Positions 28,712 through 38,968 of a stretch of 64,000 nucleotides of DNA are shown one piece after another. Both the position numbers and the translations under genes were made by a program. This stretch comes from an uncultured Spirochaetota bacterium (GTDB lineage Bacteria > Spirochaetota > Spirochaetia > SZUA-6 > Fen-1364). Location: positions 1,408,001 to 1,472,000 of the forward strand of contig CAWAHW010000002.1 in assembly GCA_963781885.1 (NCBI GenBank), given 5' to 3'. The stretch's first letter is position 1. Each line of letters opens with the position of its first letter. The notes under the pieces were generated by a model that had not been told where the DNA came from, did not search any database, and saw only the letters and a list, made by a program, of their open reading frames with translations.

Positions 28712-29715
28712 TGTTCCACCTCCGCATGCGCTTCCAGCCACGCCAGGTATTTCTCTTTCAGGCTAAGGGCGTCCGCCTTTGCCGCGAGAAGCGTCGCGAG
28801 GCGCGCATTCTGCGCTGCCTGGTCGGACGTCGGCGCGGCTGCCGTTGCGCTGGTCGGGGTCGGCGTGACCGGCGCAGGCGCGAACGCCGCCGGCGCGGAG
28901 GCCGCAGCGGCAGACTGCGCAAGCTTTGCGCTGAGCTGCGCCGCTTCCGCCGTCTTCTGCGCCAGCTGCTGCTGGAGACTCGCGATGGTCTGCTGGTCGT
29001 CGCTTGCGCCGGTGGATGCAAGCCTCTTCTGGTAAGCCGCGATGGCCTGCTCGTACGTTTTTTCCGTGTTTTGGTATTCCTCGACGCTGCGGAGGAAGTC
29101 CTCATGGCTCCACGTGAGGAGCTTGGAGAGCTCGACCTCCTTTTTCTGGAGCTGGATGAGGGAGACCTTGTACTGGGCCGCTTCCGTCTTCACGCTCGAC
29201 GGATAGTCGGTCACGATCTTCTGGTAGACCGCCAGGGCGTCGTCGAGGCGGCCCAGCCCGAAAAGGCTTTCTCCCACCCAGAACCACGCGCTGGAGAGGA
29301 AGCTCGACTTTGGATACGCGGCGATGAATGACTGCAGGCCCTTGATCGCATTCTCGAAGTCGTTCTGGAGAAACAGGAGCCTCCCCTTCTGGTAGAGCGC
29401 CTCTTCGATGTCGGGCGCCGAGGGATAGGTCGCGATGTAGAACTCGAGGTTGCGATCCGCATCGTCCAGCTTTCCAAGGGCAATGTAGGACTTGGCGATC
29501 AGGAGATAGGCCGCCGGCTTCTGGTCGGACGCCGCGGGATCGAGGATGACGTTGTGAAAGAGGAGTATTGCCTTGTCGTACTGGCCGTTCCTGAACTGGT
29601 CGATGCCGTCCTTCATGTCCGAGCCGGGGTTTGACGATTGCGCCCCGAGCGCGAGCGGGGCAAGGCAGAACAGGACGAGCAACGTCGGGACGAGTGCCTT
29701 CCGGGAATAGCTCAT
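28708..29715 (-). CDS. Exported TPR/coiled-coil protein (BamD/CpoB-like repeats)
   Basis: Signal peptide; TPRs with YP-S motifs; coiled coil and Ala/Pro linker. Confidence 0.75.
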   Translation of the reverse strand: MSYSRKALVPTLLVLFCLAPLALGAQSSNPGSDMKDGIDQFRNGQYDKAILLFHNVILDPAASDQKPAAYLLIAKSYIALGKLDDADRNLEFYIATYPSAPDIEEALYQKGRLLFLQNDFENAIKGLQSFIAAYPKSSFLSSAWFWVGESLFGLGRLDDALAVYQKIVTDYPSSVKTEAAQYKVSLIQLQKKEVELSKLLTWSHEDFLRSVEEYQNTEKTYEQAIAAYQKRLASTGASDDQQTIASLQQQLAQKTAEAAQLSAKLAQSAAAASAPAAFAPAPVTPTPTSATAAAPTSDQAAQNARLATLLAAKADALSLKEKYLAWLEAHAEVEQ

Positions 29716-29776
29716 GAGCCTTTTTCTCTCCTCCCTAAGACTTTCGACCTTCGTGGGGGCAAACTCAAACCCGATT

Positions 29777-30487
29777 TTACCATGGCCGCCGAAGGAATGC
29801 TACTTCGCCCGCCGGATCGGCGGCCGAAAAGAGCGCCGAACCGGCCACGACGACGTCCGCACCGGCCCGCAGCGCCTCCGGAATGGTTTCCCGGTTGATG
29901 CCGCCGTCGACCTCGATGAGGAAATCCAGGCCCGCCGCGCGCCGCATCTCGACGAGCTCCTCCACCTTGCGCAGACAGCGGGGGATCATCACCTGCCCGC
30001 CGAAACCGGGGTTCACGGTCATTACGAGCACCAGGGAGACCATCGACAGCAGCTCGCTGAGAGCGGCCGCCGGCGTCGACGGCACGATGGCGATTCCTGG
30101 GCGCGCCCCTTTTTCCGCGATCGCCGAAAGAACGCGGTGCGCGTGCGTGGTTGCCTCCAGGTGCACCGTGAGATAGTCCGTGCCCGCCGCGCAGAACTCG
30201 TCGATGAAACCCTCCGGCCGGCAGATCATGAGGTGCACGTCGAATGGCAGGCGGCTCAACGGCCGCAGGTCCTTCACGGCCTTCGGGCCGAAGGTGATGT
30301 TCGGCACGAAACAGCCGTCCATGACGTCCAGGTGGATGAAATCGCCCCCCATCCGTTCGACCTGGCGGACTCCTTCCCCGAGGTTTCCGAAATCTGCCGA
30401 GAGGACCGATGGCGCAATGCGCACGGCCGCCTTTTCACCGTTTGCAGGCTCCGCACGGGCACGCTGTGGCGGGTGGCGTGGTTCCAT
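29777..30487 (-). CDS. rpe: Ribulose-phosphate 3-epimerase (start at 30487 ATG or 30424 GTG)
   Basis: IAPSVLSADF, HLDVMDG, DVHLM, MTVNPGFGGQ, EVDGG. Confidence 0.95.
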   Translation of the reverse strand: MEPRHPPQRARAEPANGEKAAVRIAPSVLSADFGNLGEGVRQVERMGGDFIHLDVMDGCFVPNITFGPKAVKDLRPLSRLPFDVHLMICRPEGFIDEFCAAGTDYLTVHLEATTHAHRVLSAIAEKGARPGIAIVPSTPAAALSELLSMVSLVLVMTVNPGFGGQVMIPRCLRKVEELVEMRRAAGLDFLIEVDGGINRETIPEALRAGADVVVAGSALFSAADPAGEVAFLRRPW

Positions 30488-30515
30488 CGTGCCGCATCAT
30501 AGCAGAAGCGCGGCA

Positions 30516-30545
30516 TTGACGAAAGACACTGACGCATGCGATACT
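30516..30545 (+). promoter_or_regulatory. Putative sigma70 promoter of the TPR-greA-VWA operon
   Basis: TTGACG-N18-GATACT with extended TG. Confidence 0.5.
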
Positions 30546-30620
30546 TTTCCACGGGCGTGAAAGACGGTAAGTGCGGTTCCCGGCGAAGATTACGGTGATT
30601 CGGTCCATCGGTGGAACGCG

Positions 30621-31610
30621 GTGGAAAGGAAATCCACCGGGAAAGGCGTGCGCGTGAGGGAGGGGCGGCCCATCCTGAAGGAAGAGAAACCGGGCCGGCT
30701 CTTCGATGCCGTCTGTCAGGCGATGCGCGAAGGGCAGTTTTCAGAGGCCATCGACCTGCTGGAAGGCATCCTTGAGCGCGATGTGGAGCGCCCGGGGGCA
30801 GCGTCCGCCCTGAAATGCGCGGGGTTCTGGAAGGAGAGGCTCGAGCAGGAGCATCCGCAGCTCGACAGCTTCGAGAGCGGGGAGTTGCTTCTTGGTCAAT
30901 GGAGGCTCTTCCGCGCCTTTGTGGAGCGGCTGGCGGACGTTCCGGAGAGGTGCCTGTTCGCCATCAAGCAGTTCATCTTCTCCACCGCTCTGTCCTTCTA
31001 CCTCGCCGCGGCGCCCGAGTCCGAGCAGGGCGGCGACCCGGATGTGCTCCTGCAGATCGGGCGGTGCTGCAAGGGCACGGGCAACTACGAGCGCGCCATA
31101 GAGAACCTGGAGCGCGCCAACCGGGAAAGGAGGGACGACCCGGTCATCATGGCGGAGCTCGCGGACTGCTACTCGCTGGTGAATGAGTCCCGGTCGGCGA
31201 AGGCGTTTTTCCGGGAGGCCCTGTTCGTGGACCCGCAGGCGGTCGACCGTGAATGGATGGAGTCACCGCTCATTCTCCGCCTCGCGGAGAAGCTTTCGAC
31301 GCGGGGCTTCTCCGGGCCGGCGCTCAACGAATGGCTGCCGGTGTACGGCGCGATCTGGGGCGTCCTGAACGTGAAACGGGAGATGAAACCGCTGGAGTTC
31401 GGCAAGCTCAAGCAGGCCATTTACCGGTTGGAAAAAGAGTATCGCGGGGGAACGGCCGTCCGGGACCGCACGGCGCCGCGGCTGATCAACCGCTATATCT
31501 GGCTGATCGATCACTACATGTCGGTCGGCGAGCCGCGCGAACGGATCGAGGAGGTTCTGCAGAAGATCCGGGACATCGATCCCGGCGTCCACGACGAATA
31601 TACGCGCTAG
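30621..31610 (+). CDS. TPR-containing hypothetical protein
   Basis: TPR-like segments (VLLQIGRCCKGTGNYERAIENL; ELADCYSL); directly upstream of greA. Confidence 0.75.
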   Translation: MERKSTGKGVRVREGRPILKEEKPGRLFDAVCQAMREGQFSEAIDLLEGILERDVERPGAASALKCAGFWKERLEQEHPQLDSFESGELLLGQWRLFRAFVERLADVPERCLFAIKQFIFSTALSFYLAAAPESEQGGDPDVLLQIGRCCKGTGNYERAIENLERANRERRDDPVIMAELADCYSLVNESRSAKAFFREALFVDPQAVDREWMESPLILRLAEKLSTRGFSGPALNEWLPVYGAIWGVLNVKREMKPLEFGKLKQAIYRLEKEYRGGTAVRDRTAPRLINRYIWLIDHYMSVGEPRERIEEVLQKIRDIDPGVHDEYTR

Positions 31611-31640
31611 CGCGGCATCATCGTACAAAGGGAGAAACGA

Positions 31641-34337
31641 ATGGCAACGGAATTGCTGAAGACGATCACCGACCTTCTCAACGAAGAGAAGTGGACCCGG
31701 GCGACCCTCAACAGCTACTCGATCACGAACTTCAAGGATCTCGACGTCCTCATTGAGCAGGCGCGCACGGAGGGCATCGTGGAAGAGGTGCAGGAGCTCA
31801 CCGGCGAGCACCTCAAGCACACGAGCAACTCGATCATCGCCCTCTATATCGCGGGCGTGCTCGCCCTGTCCCGCGAGCTGGTGGACGACACGAACCTGAT
31901 CATGCTGATCGGGATTTTCATGGACAACCACAAGTGGAACATCGTGGAATACCTTGCCGAGCGCATCCTCGCCTATGGGGAGAACAAATACGCGCTGCGC
32001 ACCCTCGGCGAGTGCTATGAGAACCGGGACGAAGAGGACAAGAAGCTCGAGATCTGGGACCGGCTGATCCGCGTGGATTATGAAGAGGCGGACATCGTCA
32101 AGACCCTCGGGGAAAAGCGCGAAGCGTCCGGTGACCTTGCCGCCGCGGTGGACTACTACAAGAAAGCCATCCACCGCTTCATCAACAAGAAGCAGTTCGC
32201 AAGCGTCAAGGAGCTCTGGGACAAGCTCATCAAGCTTTCCCCCGAAGACATCGATTTCTTCTTCCATATCGAGGGCCGCATCGCGCGCGCGCTGAACGGG
32301 GAGCGCGCCGCCTCCCTCCTCGTCACGCTCATCCCCCACTACAAGGAAAAGGAGGACTGGAATACCTCCATCGAGATATTGAAGAAGATCCTCGCCTACG
32401 ACTCGAAGAACAACGCGGCGCGCAAGGACATCATCGAGTGCTATCGCAAGAAGTACGCGGACCACAGCCAGCTGGAGGAGTACGTGAAGATATCCAACCT
32501 CACGCAGAACTGGCGCAGCGTGCATGAAGCCCTGGCGGATTTCGAGAAGCATATCGGATTCGACACGGGCAACTACGTCTTCCATCGCACGTGGGGCATC
32601 GGCCGCATCTCGGCGAGCAAGGACGACACGTTCACCATCGATTTTGCCAACAAGACGTCGCACAAGATGTCGCTGAAGATGGCCGTGAGCGCCCTCGAGG
32701 TGCTCTCCCCCGAGCACATCTGGGTCCTCAAGCGCACGCTCCCGAAGGAGGAGCTCTCGAAAAAGGTGAAGGACGATGCCGCCTGGGCGCTGCGGACGAT
32801 CATCAAGAGCTTCGGCAACCTGGCCGACATGAAGCGCATCAAGGCGGAGCTCGTGCCGGACGTGCTCACGCCGGGGGAGTGGTCGCGCTGGAACACGGAG
32901 GCCCGCTCGATCTTGAAGAAGGATTCCGCCTTCGGGAATCTCCCGGACAAGATCGACCAGTTCATGGTCCGCGAAAAGCCCATCTCCTTCGAAGAAAAGA
33001 CCTTCAACAAGTTCAAGGCGGAAAAGGGATTCTTCGAGCGCGTGAAGACGCTGGAAGACTACCTCCAGGCGGCGCACGCGGAGCCCGATTCCGACTATTT
33101 CACGGAGATGTTCGCCTACTTCACGGGCTTCCTGAAGGGATACACGGCCGTTTCCGAGACGGTGCTGTCGAGCTGGCTGCTGCTGCAGAAAATAATCTCG
33201 CGCTACCCCTACCTGTCCTCGGGGGTGCAGACCACCTTCGAGGAGCTTTTCGGCCGCATCGAGAAGCTGGAGGAGGTCTTTTCCCGGATCGACGACCCCG
33301 ATCTGCGCAAGGATTTCATGGTCGCCGTGAAGAAGAACATCGCGGACTGGCCGGCGGTTTTCGCGCGTCTTTTCCCGCTTTTCCCGACCCGCTTCATCGT
33401 GGACGAGCTGGTGGCGGCCGTGGAGTGGGACGCCCTCACGTCGATGCTGTCGTCGGTCACCTCGCGCTACCGCGAGCAGCGCGATTCCTTCGTCTGGATC
33501 GCCAAGAACCTCCTTGGGGAGCGCTGGCTGCCGAAGACGAACGTCCAGAAGGAGAAGGTGTACATCGGGCTCATCCACCTGCTGGACATCACGTATCGGG
33601 ACATCGCCAACAAGCAGAATGCAAGCGGCAACCGCAAAACCAACCGGCAGATCCACGAGTTCCTCTTCGACGAGGGCAAGCTCCTGGAGTTCCTCATGGC
33701 CGCCGACCGCGACTCCATCACGCGTCTGTACACCCTCGTGGACGACGTGAAGGAGCTCGATCCCTCCATCAAGATCCAGCTGAAGCACCGGATCAAGGAG
33801 AAGCATCCGGACTTCCACTTCCTCGGCGAGCCGGGCGCGGAAAAGGTGAGCCTCGGTCTCATGGTGACCCGCGCGAGCTTCGAGAAGAAGCAGCAGGACC
33901 TCAAACGCGTCATCGACATGGAGATACCCGAAAACTCGAAGGAGATCGGCGTCGCCATGGCAAAGGGCGACTTGAGAGAGAACGCGGAATACAAGGCCGC
34001 CCTGGAAAAACAGGAGATGCTCAAGGTGACCGCGTCACGGCTGAAAGAGGAGGTCCAGCAGGCCCAGATCTTCAACGAGAACGAGGTGAAGACGGACCGG
34101 ATATCCTTCGGCACGCGCGTCCACCTGTTGAACAAGAAGAGCGGCCAGCCGGAAGAATACGTGATCCTGGGACCCTGGGAGTCCAACCCGAGCCGCAACG
34201 TGATCTCCTACCTGTCGCCGCTGGGCAACGCGCTCTGGGACAGGAAGCAGGGGGAAGAGCTGGAGTTCACGCTCAACCAGAACGCCTTCCACTACGTCGT
34301 GGAAAGCATAGAAAAGGCGGATCTGAAAAACCTATGA
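31641..34337 (+). CDS. greA: Transcription elongation factor GreA, long form (about 740-aa N-terminal extension)
   Basis: C-terminal GreA domain (KGDLRENAEYKAA, ISFGTRV, ISYLSPLGNAL); GGAG SD. Confidence 0.9.
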   Translation: MATELLKTITDLLNEEKWTRATLNSYSITNFKDLDVLIEQARTEGIVEEVQELTGEHLKHTSNSIIALYIAGVLALSRELVDDTNLIMLIGIFMDNHKWNIVEYLAERILAYGENKYALRTLGECYENRDEEDKKLEIWDRLIRVDYEEADIVKTLGEKREASGDLAAAVDYYKKAIHRFINKKQFASVKELWDKLIKLSPEDIDFFFHIEGRIARALNGERAASLLVTLIPHYKEKEDWNTSIEILKKILAYDSKNNAARKDIIECYRKKYADHSQLEEYVKISNLTQNWRSVHEALADFEKHIGFDTGNYVFHRTWGIGRISASKDDTFTIDFANKTSHKMSLKMAVSALEVLSPEHIWVLKRTLPKEELSKKVKDDAAWALRTIIKSFGNLADMKRIKAELVPDVLTPGEWSRWNTEARSILKKDSAFGNLPDKIDQFMVREKPISFEEKTFNKFKAEKGFFERVKTLEDYLQAAHAEPDSDYFTEMFAYFTGFLKGYTAVSETVLSSWLLLQKIISRYPYLSSGVQTTFEELFGRIEKLEEVFSRIDDPDLRKDFMVAVKKNIADWPAVFARLFPLFPTRFIVDELVAAVEWDALTSMLSSVTSRYREQRDSFVWIAKNLLGERWLPKTNVQKEKVYIGLIHLLDITYRDIANKQNASGNRKTNRQIHEFLFDEGKLLEFLMAADRDSITRLYTLVDDVKELDPSIKIQLKHRIKEKHPDFHFLGEPGAEKVSLGLMVTRASFEKKQQDLKRVIDMEIPENSKEIGVAMAKGDLRENAEYKAALEKQEMLKVTASRLKEEVQQAQIFNENEVKTDRISFGTRVHLLNKKSGQPEEYVILGPWESNPSRNVISYLSPLGNALWDRKQGEELEFTLNQNAFHYVVESIEKADLKNL

Positions 34338-36067
34338 TGCACGCACCACGTGGAGCCAGGGGCCGCTCGCGGCTCCTGCTCGTCGGTCTGGCGGTCGTCC
34401 TTCTTGCAGCGGGCGCGGCGTCCGTGTCCGCGGCCAATATCGACCTCGTGGTGATGATCGACACATCGGAGAGCATGTTTCCCTATTTCGACGATGTCAC
34501 CAATTACCTCATCCAGGACCTGCTCACCGCCAAGCTCCACGCCGGCGACACCTTCCACTTGCTGAGCTTTTCCGGCACCCCCGAGCTGGAAATCGCCCTG
34601 CCCATAAACAGCGAATCCGCGGCGCAGCAGGCGTTCGGCCGCATCCTCCTTCTCCACGCGCTGGGCAGGTACACCAACCTTGTCGCCGCGCTCCAGTTCC
34701 TCGGCAGCTACGTGAAGGAGCTGCCGGAGACGAATCCAAAACAGATCATCCTCATCACCGACGGCGTGCACGATCCCCCGCCGGGGAGCCCGAACAAGAC
34801 GGATCCCGCCACCGTGCAGGCGGCCGTCGTGAACGCCGCATCAGCGATGCGCAAGGATGGATGGACGTTTAACATCCTGAAGGTGCCGCCGCAGCCGGCC
34901 CCCGGAGAGGAAGGGGAAAAGAGCTACCTGGCGGACATCGCGCAGGCGCTGGGCGTTGCCATCGTCCCGTACAAGGTGAACGACAGCGGCAACCTCACCG
35001 GTCGCACCACGGGCTTTCCCGACTTGAGCTTCCCGCCGGCCCTCGGCAAGGTGGGCACGGTGTTCACGGCCCCCTTCCACGTTAAAAACTGGAAGGATGA
35101 GCCCATCATCCTGAAGCTGTCCAGCATCCAGAGCGACGGCGCGGAGCTGCTGGAGCGCCACGTATCGGTCCCGGTGCCCGCCTCGGGAGAGGCGACCCTC
35201 AACGCCACGATTCGCCTTCCCCTCTCCTATCCCAAGGGCGATCACCAGGCGAGCGTGCAGCTCCTCTTTGAAGACGATCCCCGGATCTCGCCGACGTCCG
35301 GCACGCTCACCTTCACCTACACGGGCAAGGGTGGGCTCCCCATCCCCCGGCTGACGTTCCTGTACGTGCTTTACATCATCCTGGGGCTTGGGGTCATCTA
35401 CCTCCTCGTCCGCCTGTTCCTTTACATGCGGAAAAAGCTCTCCGAGGCGCCCCTCACCGGCATCGCGCGCGGACAGGCCATGCGCGCGGGGGCCACGGCG
35501 GGCGCGCCGCCCTCCCCGGCGTCTTTCCGCGGCAGAGCAAAGCTGACACCTGAGGCCGCTGCGCAGGCGTCAGCCCTCCGTGCGCCGAAGCGTGTTTCCC
35601 TCATGGCCGTCCCCTCATCCACGATTTCCCCCGACCATGTGCGGCCCACCGTGGCGAGCATCCGCCGGGCGATTCCGCGTCAGCCCGTGCAGCAGGCGGA
35701 GCTTCCGCCGCTCATCGAGATGCGTGTGGATCTCCAGAACCACCGTGTCGGCTTCCGCAACGTCCATCGCATCGCACCCGGATCCGCGCGCACCGTTGGG
35801 GGCCGCTTCTCCTCGTACCTGGTCTTCATCGTGCAGGTGCCGGCGGGGATAGGTGAAATACGCAACGTGGACGGTAAGTACGTCTTCACGCCGCTGCGGC
35901 CGGAGATGTTCCCCGCCCTCTCCGGGCCTCTGGACGACTGCCTGGATACCGACATTCCGTTCCTGGGACCGAAGGGCCGCGCGCTCGTCCTGCATTTCCG
36001 CCAGTGGGTGTCCCCGCTGGAGGAGATCAACAGGATCATGCGCCAGGCGCGGAGCTCCGACGGCTAG
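34334..36067 (+). CDS. Membrane-anchored VWA-domain protein
   Basis: ATGA overlap with greA; signal peptide; MIDAS DTSES...T...ITDG; Ig-like region; TM helix; C-terminal beta domain. Confidence 0.8.
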   Translation: MMHAPRGARGRSRLLLVGLAVVLLAAGAASVSAANIDLVVMIDTSESMFPYFDDVTNYLIQDLLTAKLHAGDTFHLLSFSGTPELEIALPINSESAAQQAFGRILLLHALGRYTNLVAALQFLGSYVKELPETNPKQIILITDGVHDPPPGSPNKTDPATVQAAVVNAASAMRKDGWTFNILKVPPQPAPGEEGEKSYLADIAQALGVAIVPYKVNDSGNLTGRTTGFPDLSFPPALGKVGTVFTAPFHVKNWKDEPIILKLSSIQSDGAELLERHVSVPVPASGEATLNATIRLPLSYPKGDHQASVQLLFEDDPRISPTSGTLTFTYTGKGGLPIPRLTFLYVLYIILGLGVIYLLVRLFLYMRKKLSEAPLTGIARGQAMRAGATAGAPPSPASFRGRAKLTPEAAAQASALRAPKRVSLMAVPSSTISPDHVRPTVASIRRAIPRQPVQQAELPPLIEMRVDLQNHRVGFRNVHRIAPGSARTVGGRFSSYLVFIVQVPAGIGEIRNVDGKYVFTPLRPEMFPALSGPLDDCLDTDIPFLGPKGRALVLHFRQWVSPLEEINRIMRQARSSDG

Positions 36068-37392
36068 AGCTGGAGGAGTGCGCGGGCCGCCTCCGTGCGC
36101 GTACCGGGGTTCGGGTCTGCGTCGGCCAGCTTTTTCACCCGGTCCTTGAGATCGCTCATGCCGTTGGCGGCAATGCCGCGCACCGCGTAGGAGCGCACGA
36201 TGGGATTCGGGCTGTCGAGGAATTTCACGTAGAACTCGCGCAGGGACGCATTCTTCATCGTCGAAAGGATGCGCGCCGTGGACTCCATGACACGCGTGTC
36301 ATAGGAGGACCATTCCGCGGCGACCACGGATCGAACGGCATCGAGGCTTCGCGCAAGGGCCTGGGTAGTGAGTATCGTGAGTGCGGCGTCCCTGCTGTCC
36401 GCGGGGTTGTTGCCGCCGCTGTAAATCGCCACCAGCAGATTGATCGCCGCATCGCCACCAATCGCGCCCAGCGCCTGGATGGAGGCGATTTTCACGCTGG
36501 CCTCGGGATCGTTTTCCGCCTTGTAGGACAGAATGGGAACGGCCGTGGCCGTCTGCGAGGGGCTGAGCGTGCGCGACAACGCCTTTGCGCTCTGCTCCCG
36601 GACCTTGACGTTCTCATCGCGCAGCCCCTGGATGAGCAGGGGGAAAGCCTCGTCCAAGCTGAAATGCGCGATCGCGGAGGCGGCATAGAGCCTGATGAGC
36701 GCGTCCTTTTCCTGGAACATGCCGCGCAGGACCGGGAGAGCCTTGGCGTCCCCGATTTTCCCCAGCGAATCCGCGGCATACATGCGCCGCACCTTGTCCT
36801 CGTCCTGGTTTTTCGCGATGGCAAGAAGGTCGTCCACGGGGGCGGGATCCTTCAACGCGCCCAGCGCCAGGATGATGTCCGTCTTTCTCCCATCGGGATA
36901 GTCGGGGCTCTTGAGCTTCTTCAGAAGGAGCGCGGCGGAATCCGCGCCTCCACCCGTGCCGAGGGCGGCGATGGAGGCCAATGCAACCGCATTGTCCGTG
37001 GAGTCGACGAGAGGTCCGAGCAACGCGGGCAGGCCGTCCGCAGCGATGGCGGCAACATACTGGACCGCGGAGACCACGAGCGTGCCCGACGTGTCCTGCC
37101 AGGCGGCAAGAATGGCGCGCGCGCTTGCCTCCCCGTCTTTCACCTTCGTGTCACGAAACAGATCGAGCACGGCCTTCTGGACGTCCGGCGAGCGCTGGTC
37201 CGCGAGTATCTGCGCGAGCTCCGGCGTGAATGTCGCGTCCTGCGCCTGACGTATCGTGCCAATTGCATCGATGACCTGCGCGTCGATGCCATAGAGCAGC
37301 GTCTGACGCACACGGTCGTGCGCGGTCGCGTCAGCTCCCGCAACGGGCATCGCAGAAAGCGCCATGAGGACCGCGACGACGAGCCTCCTCAT
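36064..37392 (-). CDS. Exported HEAT-repeat protein
   Basis: Signal peptide; repeats such as VRRMYAADSLGKIGD and VKIASIQALGAIG; GGAGG SD. Confidence 0.85.
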   Translation of the reverse strand: MRRLVVAVLMALSAMPVAGADATAHDRVRQTLLYGIDAQVIDAIGTIRQAQDATFTPELAQILADQRSPDVQKAVLDLFRDTKVKDGEASARAILAAWQDTSGTLVVSAVQYVAAIAADGLPALLGPLVDSTDNAVALASIAALGTGGGADSAALLLKKLKSPDYPDGRKTDIILALGALKDPAPVDDLLAIAKNQDEDKVRRMYAADSLGKIGDAKALPVLRGMFQEKDALIRLYAASAIAHFSLDEAFPLLIQGLRDENVKVREQSAKALSRTLSPSQTATAVPILSYKAENDPEASVKIASIQALGAIGGDAAINLLVAIYSGGNNPADSRDAALTILTTQALARSLDAVRSVVAAEWSSYDTRVMESTARILSTMKNASLREFYVKFLDSPNPIVRSYAVRGIAANGMSDLKDRVKKLADADPNPGTRTEAARALLQL

Positions 37393-38966
37393 TCCTTCCT
37401 CCTCCGCCTGACAAGATCGGCAAGAAAGGGGATGCGGAGCAGGACATACATCCCGATGGTAAGGCCGACGCAGGCCAGCACAACGGCGGCCACGAGAGCC
37501 GTGGCGCGGAGCGACCCGCCGTGCAGCCAGAGGTCCGGCTTCCACCGGAGAAACGCCACCAGGAGCGCCGTCATGGGGACAGAGCCGACCGCCGCCTTGC
37601 CCAGCGTCAGGAGGATCGAGCGAATGCCGATTCCGCCCAGGCGTCGGCGCGCAAGATAGCCGAGGAAAAGCATGCCGACGGTGAAGGCAATGGAGTTCGC
37701 GTAGGCGAGTCCGCTCACGCGAAGCGGCGTTTCCTTCAGGACGAGCGACAGGATGATGTCGATCACCGCGATCAGGGCGGCGCTCGCGAGCGGAACCACG
37801 AATGTCTTGTAGGAGTTGAAAAGCTTCTGGAGGAACGTGTAGATGCCCATGCTCACAAGCCCGATGGCGTATCCCGTCAGCGTGCGCGCCGCCATGAGCG
37901 TGTTGACGGAGGTGAAATGCCCGCGCTGCAGCGTTGCCGCGATGATCTCCCGTCCCATGACGGAGAGGAGAATGGACGAGGGAACGAGCAGCACGAGGAG
38001 AAAGTTGATCCCGTACGCCACCGTGCCGCGCAGGGCCTCCGTCTGGCCCTGGGCCACCTGCCGGCTCATCGTCGGGAACGTGACGGTGGCCACGGACGTC
38101 GTGAAGATGCCGATGGGGATCTGCAGGAACATGATGGCATTCGTCAGCGCGGAAACACTGCCGTCGTCCAGCCCCGTGGCGAAGAACTGCGCCACAAACT
38201 GGTTGATCGTCACGATGGATGCCGCGGCCAGATAGGGGATCCAGAGACGCGCCGTGCGGGTGAAATCGGCATTGGCAAAATGAAAGCTCACCCGGAACCT
38301 GTAGCCCTGGCCGCGGAACGCCGGGATATGGAAGGCGAGCTGAAGGATGCCGCCGACGAGCACGCCGACACCCATGGCCAGGATGCCCAGCCGACCGTGG
38401 AAAAAGATGAGCGAAAGCACGGTGGGCAGTGTGAACATGAGCGGGCTCAGCGCGGGCACCGTAAATCTGCCGTGCGTGTTGAGGACCGCCATGACCAGCG
38501 CACCAAGGGAGACGAAGAGGACGTAGTTGAACGTCCAGCGCATGAGTGTCGCCGCAACGGCAACCTTGCCCGGATCCTGGAAGGCAAAAAGCAGCGTGAC
38601 CAGCGAGCGGGGAAAAGCGAGGCTCAGCGCGACGAGCGGCAGGAGCACACACAGCTCAAGCGCGATCAAGGTCCGCACGAGTGCCTGCGATCTCTCCCGC
38701 GTCGGATCCTCCGCGAGCGTGGAGGAAAGAACGGGTATGAAGGCAGCGGAAAATGCACCCTCGGCGAAAAGCTTTCTTAGATTATTGGGGATGTTGAAGA
38801 CCGCGTTCAGCGCATCCGCCGCTCCGGAAGCGCCGAAATAGTAGTTGAAGAGGGCCTGCCGCACGTACCCGAAAAGACGGGAGGCCGCCGTGCAGATCAT
38901 GACGATCACGGTGCTCACGGTGCTGCCCCGGCTCTGCGCGCCCCGCTTTTCCGCTTCCTGCGACAT
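37389..38966 (-). CDS. murJ: Lipid II flippase MurJ
   Basis: SRLFGYVR, IPNNLRKLFAEGAFSAAFIP; many TM helices. Confidence 0.93.
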   Translation of the reverse strand: MSQEAEKRGAQSRGSTVSTVIVMICTAASRLFGYVRQALFNYYFGASGAADALNAVFNIPNNLRKLFAEGAFSAAFIPVLSSTLAEDPTRERSQALVRTLIALELCVLLPLVALSLAFPRSLVTLLFAFQDPGKVAVAATLMRWTFNYVLFVSLGALVMAVLNTHGRFTVPALSPLMFTLPTVLSLIFFHGRLGILAMGVGVLVGGILQLAFHIPAFRGQGYRFRVSFHFANADFTRTARLWIPYLAAASIVTINQFVAQFFATGLDDGSVSALTNAIMFLQIPIGIFTTSVATVTFPTMSRQVAQGQTEALRGTVAYGINFLLVLLVPSSILLSVMGREIIAATLQRGHFTSVNTLMAARTLTGYAIGLVSMGIYTFLQKLFNSYKTFVVPLASAALIAVIDIILSLVLKETPLRVSGLAYANSIAFTVGMLFLGYLARRRLGGIGIRSILLTLGKAAVGSVPMTALLVAFLRWKPDLWLHGGSLRATALVAAVVLACVGLTIGMYVLLRIPFLADLVRRRRKE

Positions 38967-38968
38967 CC

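Noticed and set aside
32591-34333. N-terminal 580 aa of the 1158-aa ORF as a gene overlapping greA
   Set aside because: Arg/Gly/Pro-rich off-frame translation; the real protein starts at the ATGA overlap (34334) with a signal peptide
37393-38652. N-terminal extension of the HEAT protein over murJ
   Set aside because: Off-frame nonsense sequence; SD and signal peptide place the start at 37392
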